DNA of 64,000 nucleotides from the NCBI GenBank assembly GCA_964443625.1, contig CAYUDM010000004.1, forward strand, positions 8,143 to 72,142, given 5' to 3'. The position numbers were made by a program, and so were the translations under genes. How positions within the stretch are numbered: the first letter of the stretch is position 1; each line of letters opens with the position of its first letter. This document shows positions 47,028-57,296 of the stretch, piece after piece. Below the pieces are notes generated by a model. The model made no database searches. It was not told the DNA's origin and saw nothing but the letters and a program-made list of their open reading frames with translations. This DNA is from an uncultured Smithella sp. (GTDB taxonomy: Bacteria; Desulfobacterota; Syntrophia; Syntrophales; Smithellaceae).

Positions 47028-50000
47028 TCAGGCCTCCAGCAGCAAAGTTTCGAGCCGACGGATGACCTCGTGTCGCGGTCTATCGAAAAATACGCCTGAG
47101 TTGACAGGCGCGCCCGAACGGAGACCTCGCAGGAAAAAGTAGAATACGCCTCCGAAATGTCTTTCATAACGATAGTCCGCAACGCGCATCTTGAGATATT
47201 GGTTGAGCGCGACTGTGTAAATCAGATACTGAAGATCATAAAAAGCGTTTCGCATTTCCTGCTGAAGACTCTTGGGGCCATAATCTTCACTTCGCTCTCC
47301 CAGATCATTGGATTTCCAATCCCCCAGATAATAAAGTCCCTTGTATTCAAACACCAGATCGATAAAACCTTTCATAAAACCGGACAGAGGCGGAAAATGA
47401 AGTCTGTTTTGTTCGGGGCCGCCACGCTCATCGGGAGACGCTTCCGACAGAAGTCTCCCCAAGGCGCTTGACGATATTTCCTTCACAGGAAAATAAAACT
47501 CCATTTCTTTGAGGCATCTTTCTTTGGGAATGTCCGCAAGACAAAATGTCTCGCGCAGTCCTTCCAAGCGAGCGGACGCAAGTTCGTCAAGCATTTGAAC
47601 GAGACACGGAGTCCAGGCCGGATCATAATTGAATTTGCGCAGTGCCAGATCCACGATTCGACCGGTCTGCTCGCCGCGCACGTTTGATAAATCGATTTTT
47701 TCGAGTATCTCATGCAGAAGCGTCCCCGGCGTTGCGCCCGACGGAAATAAAATGAAGCGATCAAAACGGTTATCTACTTTTGATCGGCCTCGATTCCTTA
47801 GCAGTGCCGGGGCTGATTCATCCCATCTATCCTCCCACGACCCGTCCTGGACAACACGCCGGACAAGCAGGCTGTAGCTGGCCACCTTGCGACTCTGTTC
47901 GATCCTCCCGTCAAACGGGCGAAAAACCATTTCGGGGGGACCTTCCGACTGAATTTCAGGCGACGACAAGACTTGACGATCCATCCGGGAGAGTTCAATA
48001 TCCGCAGGCGACCGTTGAACCAGGGCTTCGAGATCGGCAAGCATTTTCTCATTCCGGCTTTGTCCCTTTTGATTCTGCCTGCCGGAATCCTCAGAAAACA
48101 AAAATGACACCGCGCTTTTTTCGATGCCGCGAATATTGCCCAGGATAAAATAACAGCGGTTCTTGGCCCGTGTCAGCGCGACGTACAGAAGCCTTCGCTG
48201 CTCCGCACGATTTTCGCGTTCATGCCGGGGGCGGGCCTCCTCTATGGCCTCCGGGTCGAATAAAGCCGTTAATCTCCAATCGTCGTTTTCATCATGATAG
48301 ACCATTTCCATCCCCCTGTCCGCTTGTGCGTCGCTCCAGCAAAACGGACAGAACACAACCGGATATTCCAGTCCCTTGCTTTTGTGCATCGTCACAATCC
48401 GAACGCCGTCGCGATCCGTCTCCAGACGAATTTGCTGATCCTCGGCCGTGACATCGGTTTTAGCGGCCATCTCATCGAACCAGCGAGGCAGATCCGAAGC
48501 TTGCAGGCTCTCTTGCTCATGCGCCTTTTGAATCAGTTGAGCCAGATGTTGATAATTGGTCAGTTTCCTTTCGCCGTCTTTGTGCCGGGCCAGTTTTTCC
48601 CGCATGCCCTCTTCTTCCAGCAGCGAGCAAAACATCGGCAGAAATCCCTTGCGGCGCCAAACCTCACTCCATCGTACAAATCGGCTTCGCCATTGATCCA
48701 TAGCGTCGTCGTCTTCATGCAAGTCGGACAGACGCATTGCGTCGAGCGCGAAGAACGGTGTGGCGAGCGCCGTAAGCACATAGCCATCATGATCAGGCCG
48801 CAACAGCCCTGACACGAAGCGTTTGAAATCATCAGCCTCCACTGAGGCAAATACACTATTCGTGCCCTGCTGAACCGATGCGATCCCCGCCCGCTCGAAT
48901 GCCTGCTTTACCCGCAAGGCCTCGGCATGCGTTCGAACCAGGACGGCGATGTCTTTTGCGCTAAGCGCAGCGTCTCCAAGGGTTGCCCGGCCGCTTCGAC
49001 TTTCATGCAGAAGCTTCGATATTTCAACGGCCATCGCTTCAGTGATTCGATCTCTGGCCTCATTGACGCCCACGGGCTGACCGTCGTCCTCGGCAGGGAG
49101 AAACCAGAGTCGCATTCCCGCGCCGGCTTTTTGTCCATCCATCACAAGGGACTTCAAACGCGCTTCGGGTGACGGTTGAATCGGGGCATAGGATATTTCA
49201 GGCAGGACGAACACATCTTTTCTTGCGGTGAACAAGGCATTGAACGCATGGACCAGCGGCGCTTCGGATCGCCAGTTGAGCGACAAACGGTATCGTTTGT
49301 CGACACTTTTTGCGGCGCGCAGATAGGCGTAAATATCGGCCCCGCGAAAGCTGTAGATCGCCTGTTTGGGATCTCCGATATAGAACACACAGCCCGTATC
49401 CTCGCGCCTTTGCTCAAAGAGAGTTTGCACAATCGAAAACTGCAGGGGATCCGTGTCCTGAAATTCATCAATAAGCACAGCGGCATACTTCTCCCGCAGA
49501 GCCGAAACGAGCCGGCCCGCACCATCGCGTGTCACGGCCCGGCGGGCCTTGAGCAGCAAATCATCAAAATACATGACTCGCTTGTGTTCTTTGATCTGAG
49601 GAAAATCCTTCACGGCCGACAAAGCAAACTCCGTTTTTAAACCGGCCATCCAACTGCTGAATTTTTCAGCGACGTCTTGCGCCTTGCGGCATAGCGCGGC
49701 AGTCTCATCGAATACCGGATGCGCCGGGGTGTTCTGTCCTTTCTTTGTTTTTGCCTCAAGTGTCTCCACGCTGATTTTATCAAGGCAGGAAGGAAGCGGA
49801 AGCACGCATTGTCCCGGAAGAAGCGCCGTCTCCAGATCCGCCAGAATTTTGTTCACCTTTGATCCGTAAGTTACACCGCTGAGTGCGGAATCCCGTAACT
49901 TCTCCTCGATCTGAAGGCGTTCGCGCATCCATAATCGCGCCACCTCATCGAATCGAGATCCCAATGCCTGGAGATCGGCTTCAATCTCCGCATCCGTGGG

Positions 50001-50633
50001 AATCCTGTCTGGAGCGATAATTTCGACGTTGATTTTGGACATAATCTTCCTGAAGAGCAGCGCAAGAGTCTCCAGATTAAAACCGGATGCCAGAAGGCTT
50101 CCAGCGAGCTCCGGCGACAGGCCGTAGATTCGGCGCCGCCAGAAATCCTCAACGAACTCCCTTTCCATCTGCTTTTGATTTTCAAGCAGAGGCATATCGA
50201 ACAGCAGACCGCTTTCAAAGGCATTGTCCATCAGAAGTCGCTGGCAAAAACCGTGAATCGTGAAGATAGCGGTTTCATCAAAATTTGCGAGCACGTTGCC
50301 CAATAATTCAATAACGCTTTTTTTTGTTTCCGGATCGTCACAGTTCGCGGCCAGTTCGCAAACGAGAGGATCTTTATCGAATCCGTCGCCGCGAATTAAA
50401 GCACTTTTCATTTGATAAATGATGTCGCGAATGCGCTTTCTCAGTTCCGCGGTCGCCGCATTGGTAAAGGTAATCACGAGAATTTTGGGGGCATCGATTT
50501 TTTTTTCGATGAGCAGGCGCAGGAACAGACCCGTCAGCGCATAGGTTTTTCCCGTTCCGGCGCCGGCCTCAATGAGGTTAACACCGGTCAAGGGGCAGGA
50601 AATCAGATTAAACGATTCTTCCGGTTCAGACAT
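47028..50633 (-). CDS. recB: Exodeoxyribonuclease V beta subunit
   Basis: IEAGAGTGKTY, LIDEFQDTD, MHKSKGLEYPVVF. The C-terminal PD-(D/E)xK nuclease segment is GFIDLVFEY...DWKSN. An 8-nt overlap with the recC stop supports the MSEPEE start. Confidence 0.9.
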   Translation of the reverse strand: MSEPEESFNLISCPLTGVNLIEAGAGTGKTYALTGLFLRLLIEKKIDAPKILVITFTNAATAELRKRIRDIIYQMKSALIRGDGFDKDPLVCELAANCDDPETKKSVIELLGNVLANFDETAIFTIHGFCQRLLMDNAFESGLLFDMPLLENQKQMEREFVEDFWRRRIYGLSPELAGSLLASGFNLETLALLFRKIMSKINVEIIAPDRIPTDAEIEADLQALGSRFDEVARLWMRERLQIEEKLRDSALSGVTYGSKVNKILADLETALLPGQCVLPLPSCLDKISVETLEAKTKKGQNTPAHPVFDETAALCRKAQDVAEKFSSWMAGLKTEFALSAVKDFPQIKEHKRVMYFDDLLLKARRAVTRDGAGRLVSALREKYAAVLIDEFQDTDPLQFSIVQTLFEQRREDTGCVFYIGDPKQAIYSFRGADIYAYLRAAKSVDKRYRLSLNWRSEAPLVHAFNALFTARKDVFVLPEISYAPIQPSPEARLKSLVMDGQKAGAGMRLWFLPAEDDGQPVGVNEARDRITEAMAVEISKLLHESRSGRATLGDAALSAKDIAVLVRTHAEALRVKQAFERAGIASVQQGTNSVFASVEADDFKRFVSGLLRPDHDGYVLTALATPFFALDAMRLSDLHEDDDAMDQWRSRFVRWSEVWRRKGFLPMFCSLLEEEGMREKLARHKDGERKLTNYQHLAQLIQKAHEQESLQASDLPRWFDEMAAKTDVTAEDQQIRLETDRDGVRIVTMHKSKGLEYPVVFCPFCWSDAQADRGMEMVYHDENDDWRLTALFDPEAIEEARPRHERENRAEQRRLLYVALTRAKNRCYFILGNIRGIEKSAVSFLFSEDSGRQNQKGQSRNEKMLADLEALVQRSPADIELSRMDRQVLSSPEIQSEGPPEMVFRPFDGRIEQSRKVASYSLLVRRVVQDGSWEDRWDESAPALLRNRGRSKVDNRFDRFILFPSGATPGTLLHEILEKIDLSNVRGEQTGRIVDLALRKFNYDPAWTPCLVQMLDELASARLEGLRETFCLADIPKERCLKEMEFYFPVKEISSSALGRLLSEASPDERGGPEQNRLHFPPLSGFMKGFIDLVFEYKGLYYLGDWKSNDLGERSEDYGPKSLQQEMRNAFYDLQYLIYTVALNQYLKMRVADYRYERHFGGVFYFFLRGLRSGAPVNSGVFFDRPRHEVIRRLETLLLEA

Positions 50634-53600
50634 GAATCGCCTCCAGGTGGGCAAATAAAGGAGCCAGAAGAACCTCACTGAACTGCTGAAATTCTTCATC
50701 CAGAGGCGGCTCGGATCCGAAGCACAGGAGATGCTCATATTGCATCCCCTCGCCCGGCTTGTCGAGGCCGCTCATCTTCCAAACCTTTCGGGCCGCGGCA
50801 AACGCCTCTTGTTTTGTCCGCTTTTGCCGCCAGAGCGTGTCTGCGTAAGCAAGGGATGAAAGCGGAAAGAACTTCAACGGCTTGCACTGTCCTTCGTAAT
50901 AGCACCCGATGAAATCTTCCACAATGACTTCCGGATGATCCGGAACGAGAAAGCGATAGAACTCGTTGTCCGCTTCTCCCAGAAGCAACGTGTCAAAGGA
51001 TTCCCGTTTCGGACGGCTCAAGACGATGAGCAAATGGGAAATCCAGGCATTGAGGTAGTCGCTCATTTTCAGACGTGCCGGTCTTCGACAGAGGTAGCGA
51101 TCTTGCCCGACATCGCGAATAATGCCCGACAGCGTTATCCCGGCTGCGCGGATGTTGATCGTCAGCGTCTTTGGTTCTTCTACCGTGAATTTTTCGATCC
51201 GACGGGCGTAGCGGCTCGCCCGGTTTTTTTCCTTCGTGTAGAAATAATCACAAGCCGACCCCACCGGCAAGACGCCTGCGGCTTTTTTATTTTCATACAC
51301 CTCATCGGTGGGTGCGCCGGCCAGGAATCTTTCGGCCAGTTCAAGGCGCAATCCGTAACGATCCAGCGTATCGACGTCAAATGGTTCAGACGTCTGGGCT
51401 TGAACGGTTTTATCGTCCCACTTCATCCTGAGGCGATTCTGCAGAAAATAGCGAGCGGGATTTCGGTAGAAACGAAAAAGATCCTCAATGGCAAGCGCAT
51501 GGCTTACGTCAACCTCTTCCCTTAATTTGCCGCTTATAAAAACGGGGGAGGCATCCCGGCGCGGGCCGACCACGGCCCGCGCCGCTTCATAATTGGTTTC
51601 AGAATAACTCGCATATCCGCTTGCCGGCGTAAAATAATCGGGATGGAATGCGTGAAGCCGGTGGCTCGTCGTAATCTGCTTGGAAACGGGAATGTCTTTG
51701 TTCTCACCCCGATAAAAACGATCGACATATTCCAGAAGTTCGTTGATCAGATCGGAGGGCTGTCGCTCACTCGCATCCTGAAGATCGCGTCCTGTATAGG
51801 TCATGACCAACTTGTCGCGCGCCGAAATGAGCGATTCGAGAAAAAGATACTGATCGTCGTGCCGAAGAGATCGGTCGCCCGTCTTCCTACGGTCGCGCAT
51901 CAGATCAAATCCAATGCTCTTTTCCCTTCGGGGAAACACGCCGGCGTTCATTCCCAGAAGCACAATCACCTTGAATGGAAGGCTTCGCATGGGCAGCAGA
52001 GCGCAAAAGGAAACTCCTCCCGCGAGAAACCCGGCGGCTGATACGTCCGGCGGCAATGATTGCTCCAGGTAGCCTTGGATGACTTCCAAGGGATACTTCT
52101 GATGATCATCCACGCGTCTTGTCTGCGCGTCAAGCCCGTCGAGAATCTGGTAAAAAGCGTAAAGATCTGAACGGAATTCATCTCCGGCGGGAAAGAACTT
52201 GTCGAGGAGATGCCTAAGGGTATCCACCCATTCGACCAGTGTGTGAGACTGTTTGAGTTTTGTGCGATATCCAAGCAAGAGATCCCAATACATTAAGAAT
52301 CTGCCCAGCAGCTGTGTTGCCTCTCCTTCAATTCCGCCGTATGGCAGGAGACCGGCAAAGCGATCTTCGCGGCGTCCGTCCAGCATGACGCCTGCCAGCA
52401 TACGGTCAATCCCGGACTGCCAGGTGTTTTCATCAAAAGCAGGCAACCCCATTTCTTGTCGATGATGGACATTAATCCCCCAGCGAATGCGTGTTGCATG
52501 GAGCCAGCCGGCGATCGTTTCCAGATCATCGGCCGATAAATCAAACTTTTTCCGAAGGGGATCCATCTCGAGAATCTTCATGACGTCTGGAATCGTAAAG
52601 CGACCGGATGCTGCGTTGAAAATGGAAAACAGAGCCAAAGCAATGCGATTGTCATCCCATCGCCTCCTTTCCACGACACTGAAGGGAATCGAGGGGCGGC
52701 GCGTTTGGAAAACAGCGTCAATGTATGGCGCATAGGTTCCCATATCCGGCGACATCACGACGATATCCGATGGCTTTAAATCCCGATCCCGTTCAAAAAA
52801 AGACAGCAGCAGATCATGAACTGTCTCCACTTCCCTAAGCGGACTATGACAGCAATGCACGGTAAGCGAATTGTCATCCGCCGCAATGACCGGCAAATCC
52901 TCATCCGTGCCGGCCCCTTCCCGCAAAGCATAGATATCATTTTGAACCGATTCTAAAAGCGTGCGGCGTTGCGGCGCATCGAAGAATTCGACGACTTGCG
53001 TTTCAGCATCGGCAATGAGTGTAAAAAAATCGCGACCGATAGTCCCCCAACTGGCAAGAAGCGAATTTCCGCTCTCCAGATGCAGGGCGGGAGCGTCGAT
53101 TAACGTCCGTCGGGCTCTCGCCTTTCTCACGACCCGGGTCATTTCACGAGCGGATTGAATATCCGCCCAAAATTCGGAAGTCGGATTGAGATAATAAAAA
53201 AAGACCGGAAGCCGGCCTGCCAGGTGATACAGAATATCCAGATGGTAAGGCGGCAGATAGGATATTCCGAAAACGAAAAGCCTCGAAGGCAGAATGCTAT
53301 TTTTTATCGGAGCTTTGGAAACGGATGAAAGAAATATCTGTCGAAGTCTCGCTTTGTGCCAGGGGCCTCCTTTTTCAACCAGCCTTCGCCAGAGTGTCGC
53401 CTGCCATCCGTCACGATCGGAAGAAACGCTTTGTGTTTCCCATTGCAACATCATGTCGGGACGAAAGATGAGATATTGATCAAAAAGCAAAGCGATATTC
53501 CGGGCAAGCTGATATCGCTTGAGAGGATCGCCTCCCGACAGATACTGATTCACCGGCGCAAATTCTGGATCGCGGACATCTCTGAGCAGACCGTCAAGAG

Positions 53601-53874
53601 TCCACGTCATGACGTCCCGGTCGTAGGCGGCATCCGGTTCATATCCGTCGATAAACGCGCGATACACGTCGTCCAGAAACCGGTTGGGAAAGGGAAAACT
53701 GCAATTCGCGCAAATGCCGTTACGGCGGGCGAGCTGAAGGGACAGCCATTTGGCCATCCCCAAACTCTGCAAGATAATCGTCTCCGTGGCAAGCGCACTA
53801 GACGCCCCTTCGGTGAGCCGATCGGCAAGGTGGTCTGACAATATTTCGAGACGGTTGCTGACGTAAATATTCAT
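50626..53874 (-). CDS. recC: Exodeoxyribonuclease V gamma subunit
   Basis: 1082 aa. The N-terminus MNIYVSNRLEIL..L and overall length are typical of RecC. It is translationally coupled to recB. Confidence 0.9.
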   Translation of the reverse strand: MNIYVSNRLEILSDHLADRLTEGASSALATETIILQSLGMAKWLSLQLARRNGICANCSFPFPNRFLDDVYRAFIDGYEPDAAYDRDVMTWTLDGLLRDVRDPEFAPVNQYLSGGDPLKRYQLARNIALLFDQYLIFRPDMMLQWETQSVSSDRDGWQATLWRRLVEKGGPWHKARLRQIFLSSVSKAPIKNSILPSRLFVFGISYLPPYHLDILYHLAGRLPVFFYYLNPTSEFWADIQSAREMTRVVRKARARRTLIDAPALHLESGNSLLASWGTIGRDFFTLIADAETQVVEFFDAPQRRTLLESVQNDIYALREGAGTDEDLPVIAADDNSLTVHCCHSPLREVETVHDLLLSFFERDRDLKPSDIVVMSPDMGTYAPYIDAVFQTRRPSIPFSVVERRRWDDNRIALALFSIFNAASGRFTIPDVMKILEMDPLRKKFDLSADDLETIAGWLHATRIRWGINVHHRQEMGLPAFDENTWQSGIDRMLAGVMLDGRREDRFAGLLPYGGIEGEATQLLGRFLMYWDLLLGYRTKLKQSHTLVEWVDTLRHLLDKFFPAGDEFRSDLYAFYQILDGLDAQTRRVDDHQKYPLEVIQGYLEQSLPPDVSAAGFLAGGVSFCALLPMRSLPFKVIVLLGMNAGVFPRREKSIGFDLMRDRRKTGDRSLRHDDQYLFLESLISARDKLVMTYTGRDLQDASERQPSDLINELLEYVDRFYRGENKDIPVSKQITTSHRLHAFHPDYFTPASGYASYSETNYEAARAVVGPRRDASPVFISGKLREEVDVSHALAIEDLFRFYRNPARYFLQNRLRMKWDDKTVQAQTSEPFDVDTLDRYGLRLELAERFLAGAPTDEVYENKKAAGVLPVGSACDYFYTKEKNRASRYARRIEKFTVEEPKTLTINIRAAGITLSGIIRDVGQDRYLCRRPARLKMSDYLNAWISHLLIVLSRPKRESFDTLLLGEADNEFYRFLVPDHPEVIVEDFIGCYYEGQCKPLKFFPLSSLAYADTLWRQKRTKQEAFAAARKVWKMSGLDKPGEGMQYEHLLCFGSEPPLDEEFQQFSEVLLAPLFAHLEAIHV

Positions 53875-53943
53875 GATTGCTTTTTTAGCCTTCCTGATTT
53901 AGAGGCTTCTAACACAATTTCCCGGAAGCATAAATATTTTTGT

Positions 53944-54888
53944 ATGTCGGCCTATTCATACTACATCAACAAAACCGAGGACTACCACACGCACCATCTC
54001 GACACACTGGGCTGGGAACTGACCGTTTGCAACGCCCTTTGGAATCCAGAAAGTCCTTGCCGAAAGTTGCTCCAAACCAACGATTCGTTCGGCTGCCACC
54101 TTCACCGTTTTTTGCAAGAGCTGATCCCTGTCGATTCCATACGGCGAGTCCTTGAAGTCGGCGGCGGAATGGGATACCTGATGCGGGATCTTCTGGATAT
54201 TCATCCCGACTGGCACGCGACGATGCTGGATATTTCTCCGCATCTTCTCGCGATGCAAAAAAAGATGTTGGCCGACCGTAACGCCTCGTTTATCCGCGAA
54301 GATTTCCTGGCCCTGCAACCCGACGATCTTCGGCTATTTGATTTCGTCATCCTCAATGAAAATCTTGGAGATTTTCCCACACTCGTCGCTGTGCCGGACC
54401 ATATCCAGCCTACGGATCTCGAAGCTGCAACCTCTCTCATTCCTGCGCAGATCGATTTTTTCCAAAGCCGCTATGATTTTGCATTCGCGCCGAATGAAAA
54501 TATCAATATCGGGGCATTAAAAGCCGTGGATCACTTATGCCGGTCCGGCGTTGGAATGATCTATCTGAGCGAACACAGCTGCGAAGCACGCGCCCCGGAG
54601 CCGATTGCGTCGTCTTTGAAGATTATTCCATCCGGCAATCCGGAAAGAATTCCGCTCAAAGGACATGCCGAATACACCCTCAAATTTTCCCATCTTCAAC
54701 GACTCGGTCAAATAAACGGCTATCGCGTCGTTCGCGGTCCTCTGGCAGATTTTCTGGTTCCGGATTTAAACTCGAAAGTACTCACAGCGCTTCGCCAGAC
54801 GGTCCCTGCCACCGATGAGCAGGAGATTATTCAACAGTTCATCTACGATTTGTACAAATACGAATATCTTGTGATGATTCGTCAATAG
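53944..54888 (+). CDS. Class I SAM-dependent methyltransferase (possibly MidA/DUF185-like)
   Basis: Motif I VLEVGGGMGYLMRDLL, followed by acidic MLDIS. No further family assignment is possible by eye. Confidence 0.55.
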   Translation: MSAYSYYINKTEDYHTHHLDTLGWELTVCNALWNPESPCRKLLQTNDSFGCHLHRFLQELIPVDSIRRVLEVGGGMGYLMRDLLDIHPDWHATMLDISPHLLAMQKKMLADRNASFIREDFLALQPDDLRLFDFVILNENLGDFPTLVAVPDHIQPTDLEAATSLIPAQIDFFQSRYDFAFAPNENINIGALKAVDHLCRSGVGMIYLSEHSCEARAPEPIASSLKIIPSGNPERIPLKGHAEYTLKFSHLQRLGQINGYRVVRGPLADFLVPDLNSKVLTALRQTVPATDEQEIIQQFIYDLYKYEYLVMIRQ

Positions 54889-54978
54889 CAATCTGCGCCG
54901 GTATTCTCCAGCCTCCCGTTATTTTTTGCTTTGCACCCCGTTTCATCCGTGTTTTCCCGCCGAATCCGGCCATACGGG

Positions 54979-55007
54979 TTGCAATTGTGATCATTTTGTG
55001 TTATGAG
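54979..55007 (+). promoter_or_regulatory. Candidate sigma-70 promoter of ectABC
   Basis: TTGCAA-N17-TATGAG, about 100 nt upstream of ectA. It overlaps TGATCA-containing imperfect inverted repeats. Confidence 0.3.
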
Positions 55008-55109
55008 ATCATCACTTCGACGTTACTAATAACGACCGAAATTTTTTAATCATCCGAAATCCCTCGTCGTTTGCATAACGGCACAACATAATCAATCAAC
55101 TTTCAGGAG

Positions 55110-55637
55110 ATGCACTTGAACAAAGATCCTATGGATATTTCTTTTCGCCGGCCGACAATTTCCGATGCGTCGTCTATTGAGCGGCTCATCAGGCTCTCTC
55201 CGCCGCTGGATCTCAATTCTCTATATTGCTATCTTATTATATGCGCGCATTTTCCCCAGACCTCCGTCGTCGCTTACGATGCGGATTTTCTGTGCGGCTT
55301 TATTTCCGCTTATATCCAACCCGATCAGAAAGATACACTGTTTGTCTGGCAGGTCGCAGTGGATAAAGCTTATCGAGGCAAGGGCATCGCCCGGTCCATG
55401 CTGTCTTCAATCCTGGACCGCTCTTATCCCAACGCCTTGCGTTATCTTGAAACGACGGTCAGTCCGTCCAACCATTCATCAAAGGCCCTTTTTTCTTCTC
55501 TGGCCGAAACGCTTGGCGTCCCGTTGGTTCAAAGCGTTCTGTTTTCCGCCGACGATTTCGACGGCCAATCCCATGAAGAAGAAGTCCTATTCCGAATCGG
55601 GCCGTTTAACCTGTTATCAAAGGAGGAAACATCATGA
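55110..55637 (+). CDS. ectA: L-2,4-diaminobutyrate acetyltransferase
   Basis: FRRPT...LDLNSLYCYL...DTLFVWQVAVDKAYRGKGIA...YLETTVSPSN are EctA hallmarks. The start may instead be the TTG at 55116, because AGGAG sits directly against the ATG. Confidence 0.9.
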   Translation: MHLNKDPMDISFRRPTISDASSIERLIRLSPPLDLNSLYCYLIICAHFPQTSVVAYDADFLCGFISAYIQPDQKDTLFVWQVAVDKAYRGKGIARSMLSSILDRSYPNALRYLETTVSPSNHSSKALFSSLAETLGVPLVQSVLFSADDFDGQSHEEEVLFRIGPFNLLSKEETS

Positions 55638-56890
55638 AAACAATTGAACGACTGGAGTCGGAAGTTCGCAGCTACTCGCGTTCGTTTCCCGTCACTTTTG
55701 ACAAGGCAAAAGACGCGTTTCTTTACGATACGGACGGCAACCGATATATCGATTTTTTCGGCGGCGCGGGAACGCTCAATTACGGACACAACAATGAACG
55801 CATGAAGTCCAAGCTGATTGAGTACCTGGAACGCGATGAAATCATCCACGGTCTGGACATGGCAACCGTGGCCAAGGAAGATCTTCTGCTGAAAATGGAA
55901 ACGGTTCTTTTTAAACCGCGCAATCTCGATTACAAGGTACAGTTTACGGGTCCCACCGGCACCAACGCCGTGGAAGCGGCGCTCAAGCTTGCGCGTATGG
56001 TGAAGAAACGCTCGAACGTCATATCCTTTACGAACGGGTATCATGGCCTGACCATGGGATCGATGTCCGTGACGGCCAACGCCTACTACCGCGACGAAGC
56101 CTTTATTAACCGCTCGGATGTTTCCTTTCTGCCCTATGACGGCTATTTGGGACAAGATGTCAACACGGCTGCCTACATGCGGCGCTTTTTGGAAGATGGA
56201 AGCAGCGGTGTCGACGTTCCATCGGCGATCATTCTTGAAACCGTGCAGGGAGAAGGCGGCATCCGCGTGGCGTCCGACGAATGGCTGCGTGAGATCGAAG
56301 CCATCTGCCGGGAATTTGACATCCTGCTCATCATCGACGACATTCAGGTCGGCAACGGTCGCACAGGCCATTTCTTCAGCTTTGAAAGATCCGGAATTCG
56401 TCCGGACATCGTCACCCTGTCCAAGTCGTTTTCCGGTTATGGACTGCCCATGTCGCTGGTCTTATTCCGTCGCGATCTCGACATCTGGAAGCCGGGTCAG
56501 CACACGGGAACGTTCCGGGGCAACAACCTGGCCTTTGTCTCCGCCTCCGTGGCGCTGGATTACTGGGAGAATGACGAATTTTCAAACGACATTTTCCGAA
56601 AAGGCGCACTCGTTGAACAGAAACTAAACGCCATCAATGATCATTATCCGGAACTGAACGCGGAAGTTCGGGGACGCGGTTTTATTTACGGAATCGCGAT
56701 CCGGCCCGCCGAATTGGCCAAGACCATCGCGGATCAGTGTTTCAAAAACAAGCTGATTCTGGAACGCGCGGGCGCGAATAATCAGGTGATCAAATTTCTT
56801 GCGCCGCTTGTCATTCCCGACGATGTCCTGATGGAAGGGCTCGACATTCTCGATCGCTCCATCGGCGAAGTACTCAGCGCAAAAGCATAA
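55634..56890 (+). CDS. ectB: Diaminobutyrate--2-oxoglutarate transaminase
   Basis: ESEVRSYSRSFPVTF...GAGTLNYGHNN...DDIQVGNGRTG...LSKS. Confidence 0.95.
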   Translation: MKTIERLESEVRSYSRSFPVTFDKAKDAFLYDTDGNRYIDFFGGAGTLNYGHNNERMKSKLIEYLERDEIIHGLDMATVAKEDLLLKMETVLFKPRNLDYKVQFTGPTGTNAVEAALKLARMVKKRSNVISFTNGYHGLTMGSMSVTANAYYRDEAFINRSDVSFLPYDGYLGQDVNTAAYMRRFLEDGSSGVDVPSAIILETVQGEGGIRVASDEWLREIEAICREFDILLIIDDIQVGNGRTGHFFSFERSGIRPDIVTLSKSFSGYGLPMSLVLFRRDLDIWKPGQHTGTFRGNNLAFVSASVALDYWENDEFSNDIFRKGALVEQKLNAINDHYPELNAEVRGRGFIYGIAIRPAELAKTIADQCFKNKLILERAGANNQVIKFLAPLVIPDDVLMEGLDILDRSIGEVLSAKA

Positions 56891-56899
56891 GGAGCCGTC

Positions 56900-57289
56900 A
56901 TGTTTACACGCACTCTTGATGAGATTCATGGAACCGACCGGGAAGTCTGGGCGGAAAATAAAAATTGGGTAAGCCGCCGACTGCTTCTGAAAAAAGACGG
57001 TATGGGATTTTCGTTTCATGAAACGACGATCTTTGCCGGCACCCAGACTCACATCTGTTATAAGAATCATCTTGAGGCCGTTTTCTGCGTCGAAGGTGAA
57101 GGCGAAGTAGAAACGCTTGCCGACGGAAAAGTTTACCGCATTGTGCCCGGAACCATGTACGCACTCAATGATCACGACGAACATCTCTTACGGGCGTCAA
57201 AAGACATGCGTCTTTTATGTGTTTTTAATCCTCCCGTTACGGGAGCCGAAGTGCATCTGCCCGACGGGTCCTATCCGCCCGCGGAGTAA
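56900..57289 (+). CDS. ectC: L-ectoine synthase
   Basis: RTLDEI.GTDREV...[22 protein letters not shown]...[15 protein letters not shown], cupin fold. Confidence 0.95.
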   Translation: MFTRTLDEIHGTDREVWAENKNWVSRRLLLKKDGMGFSFHETTIFAGTQTHICYKNHLEAVFCVEGEGEVETLADGKVYRIVPGTMYALNDHDEHLLRASKDMRLLCVFNPPVTGAEVHLPDGSYPPAE

Positions 57290-57296
57290 CATCGGA

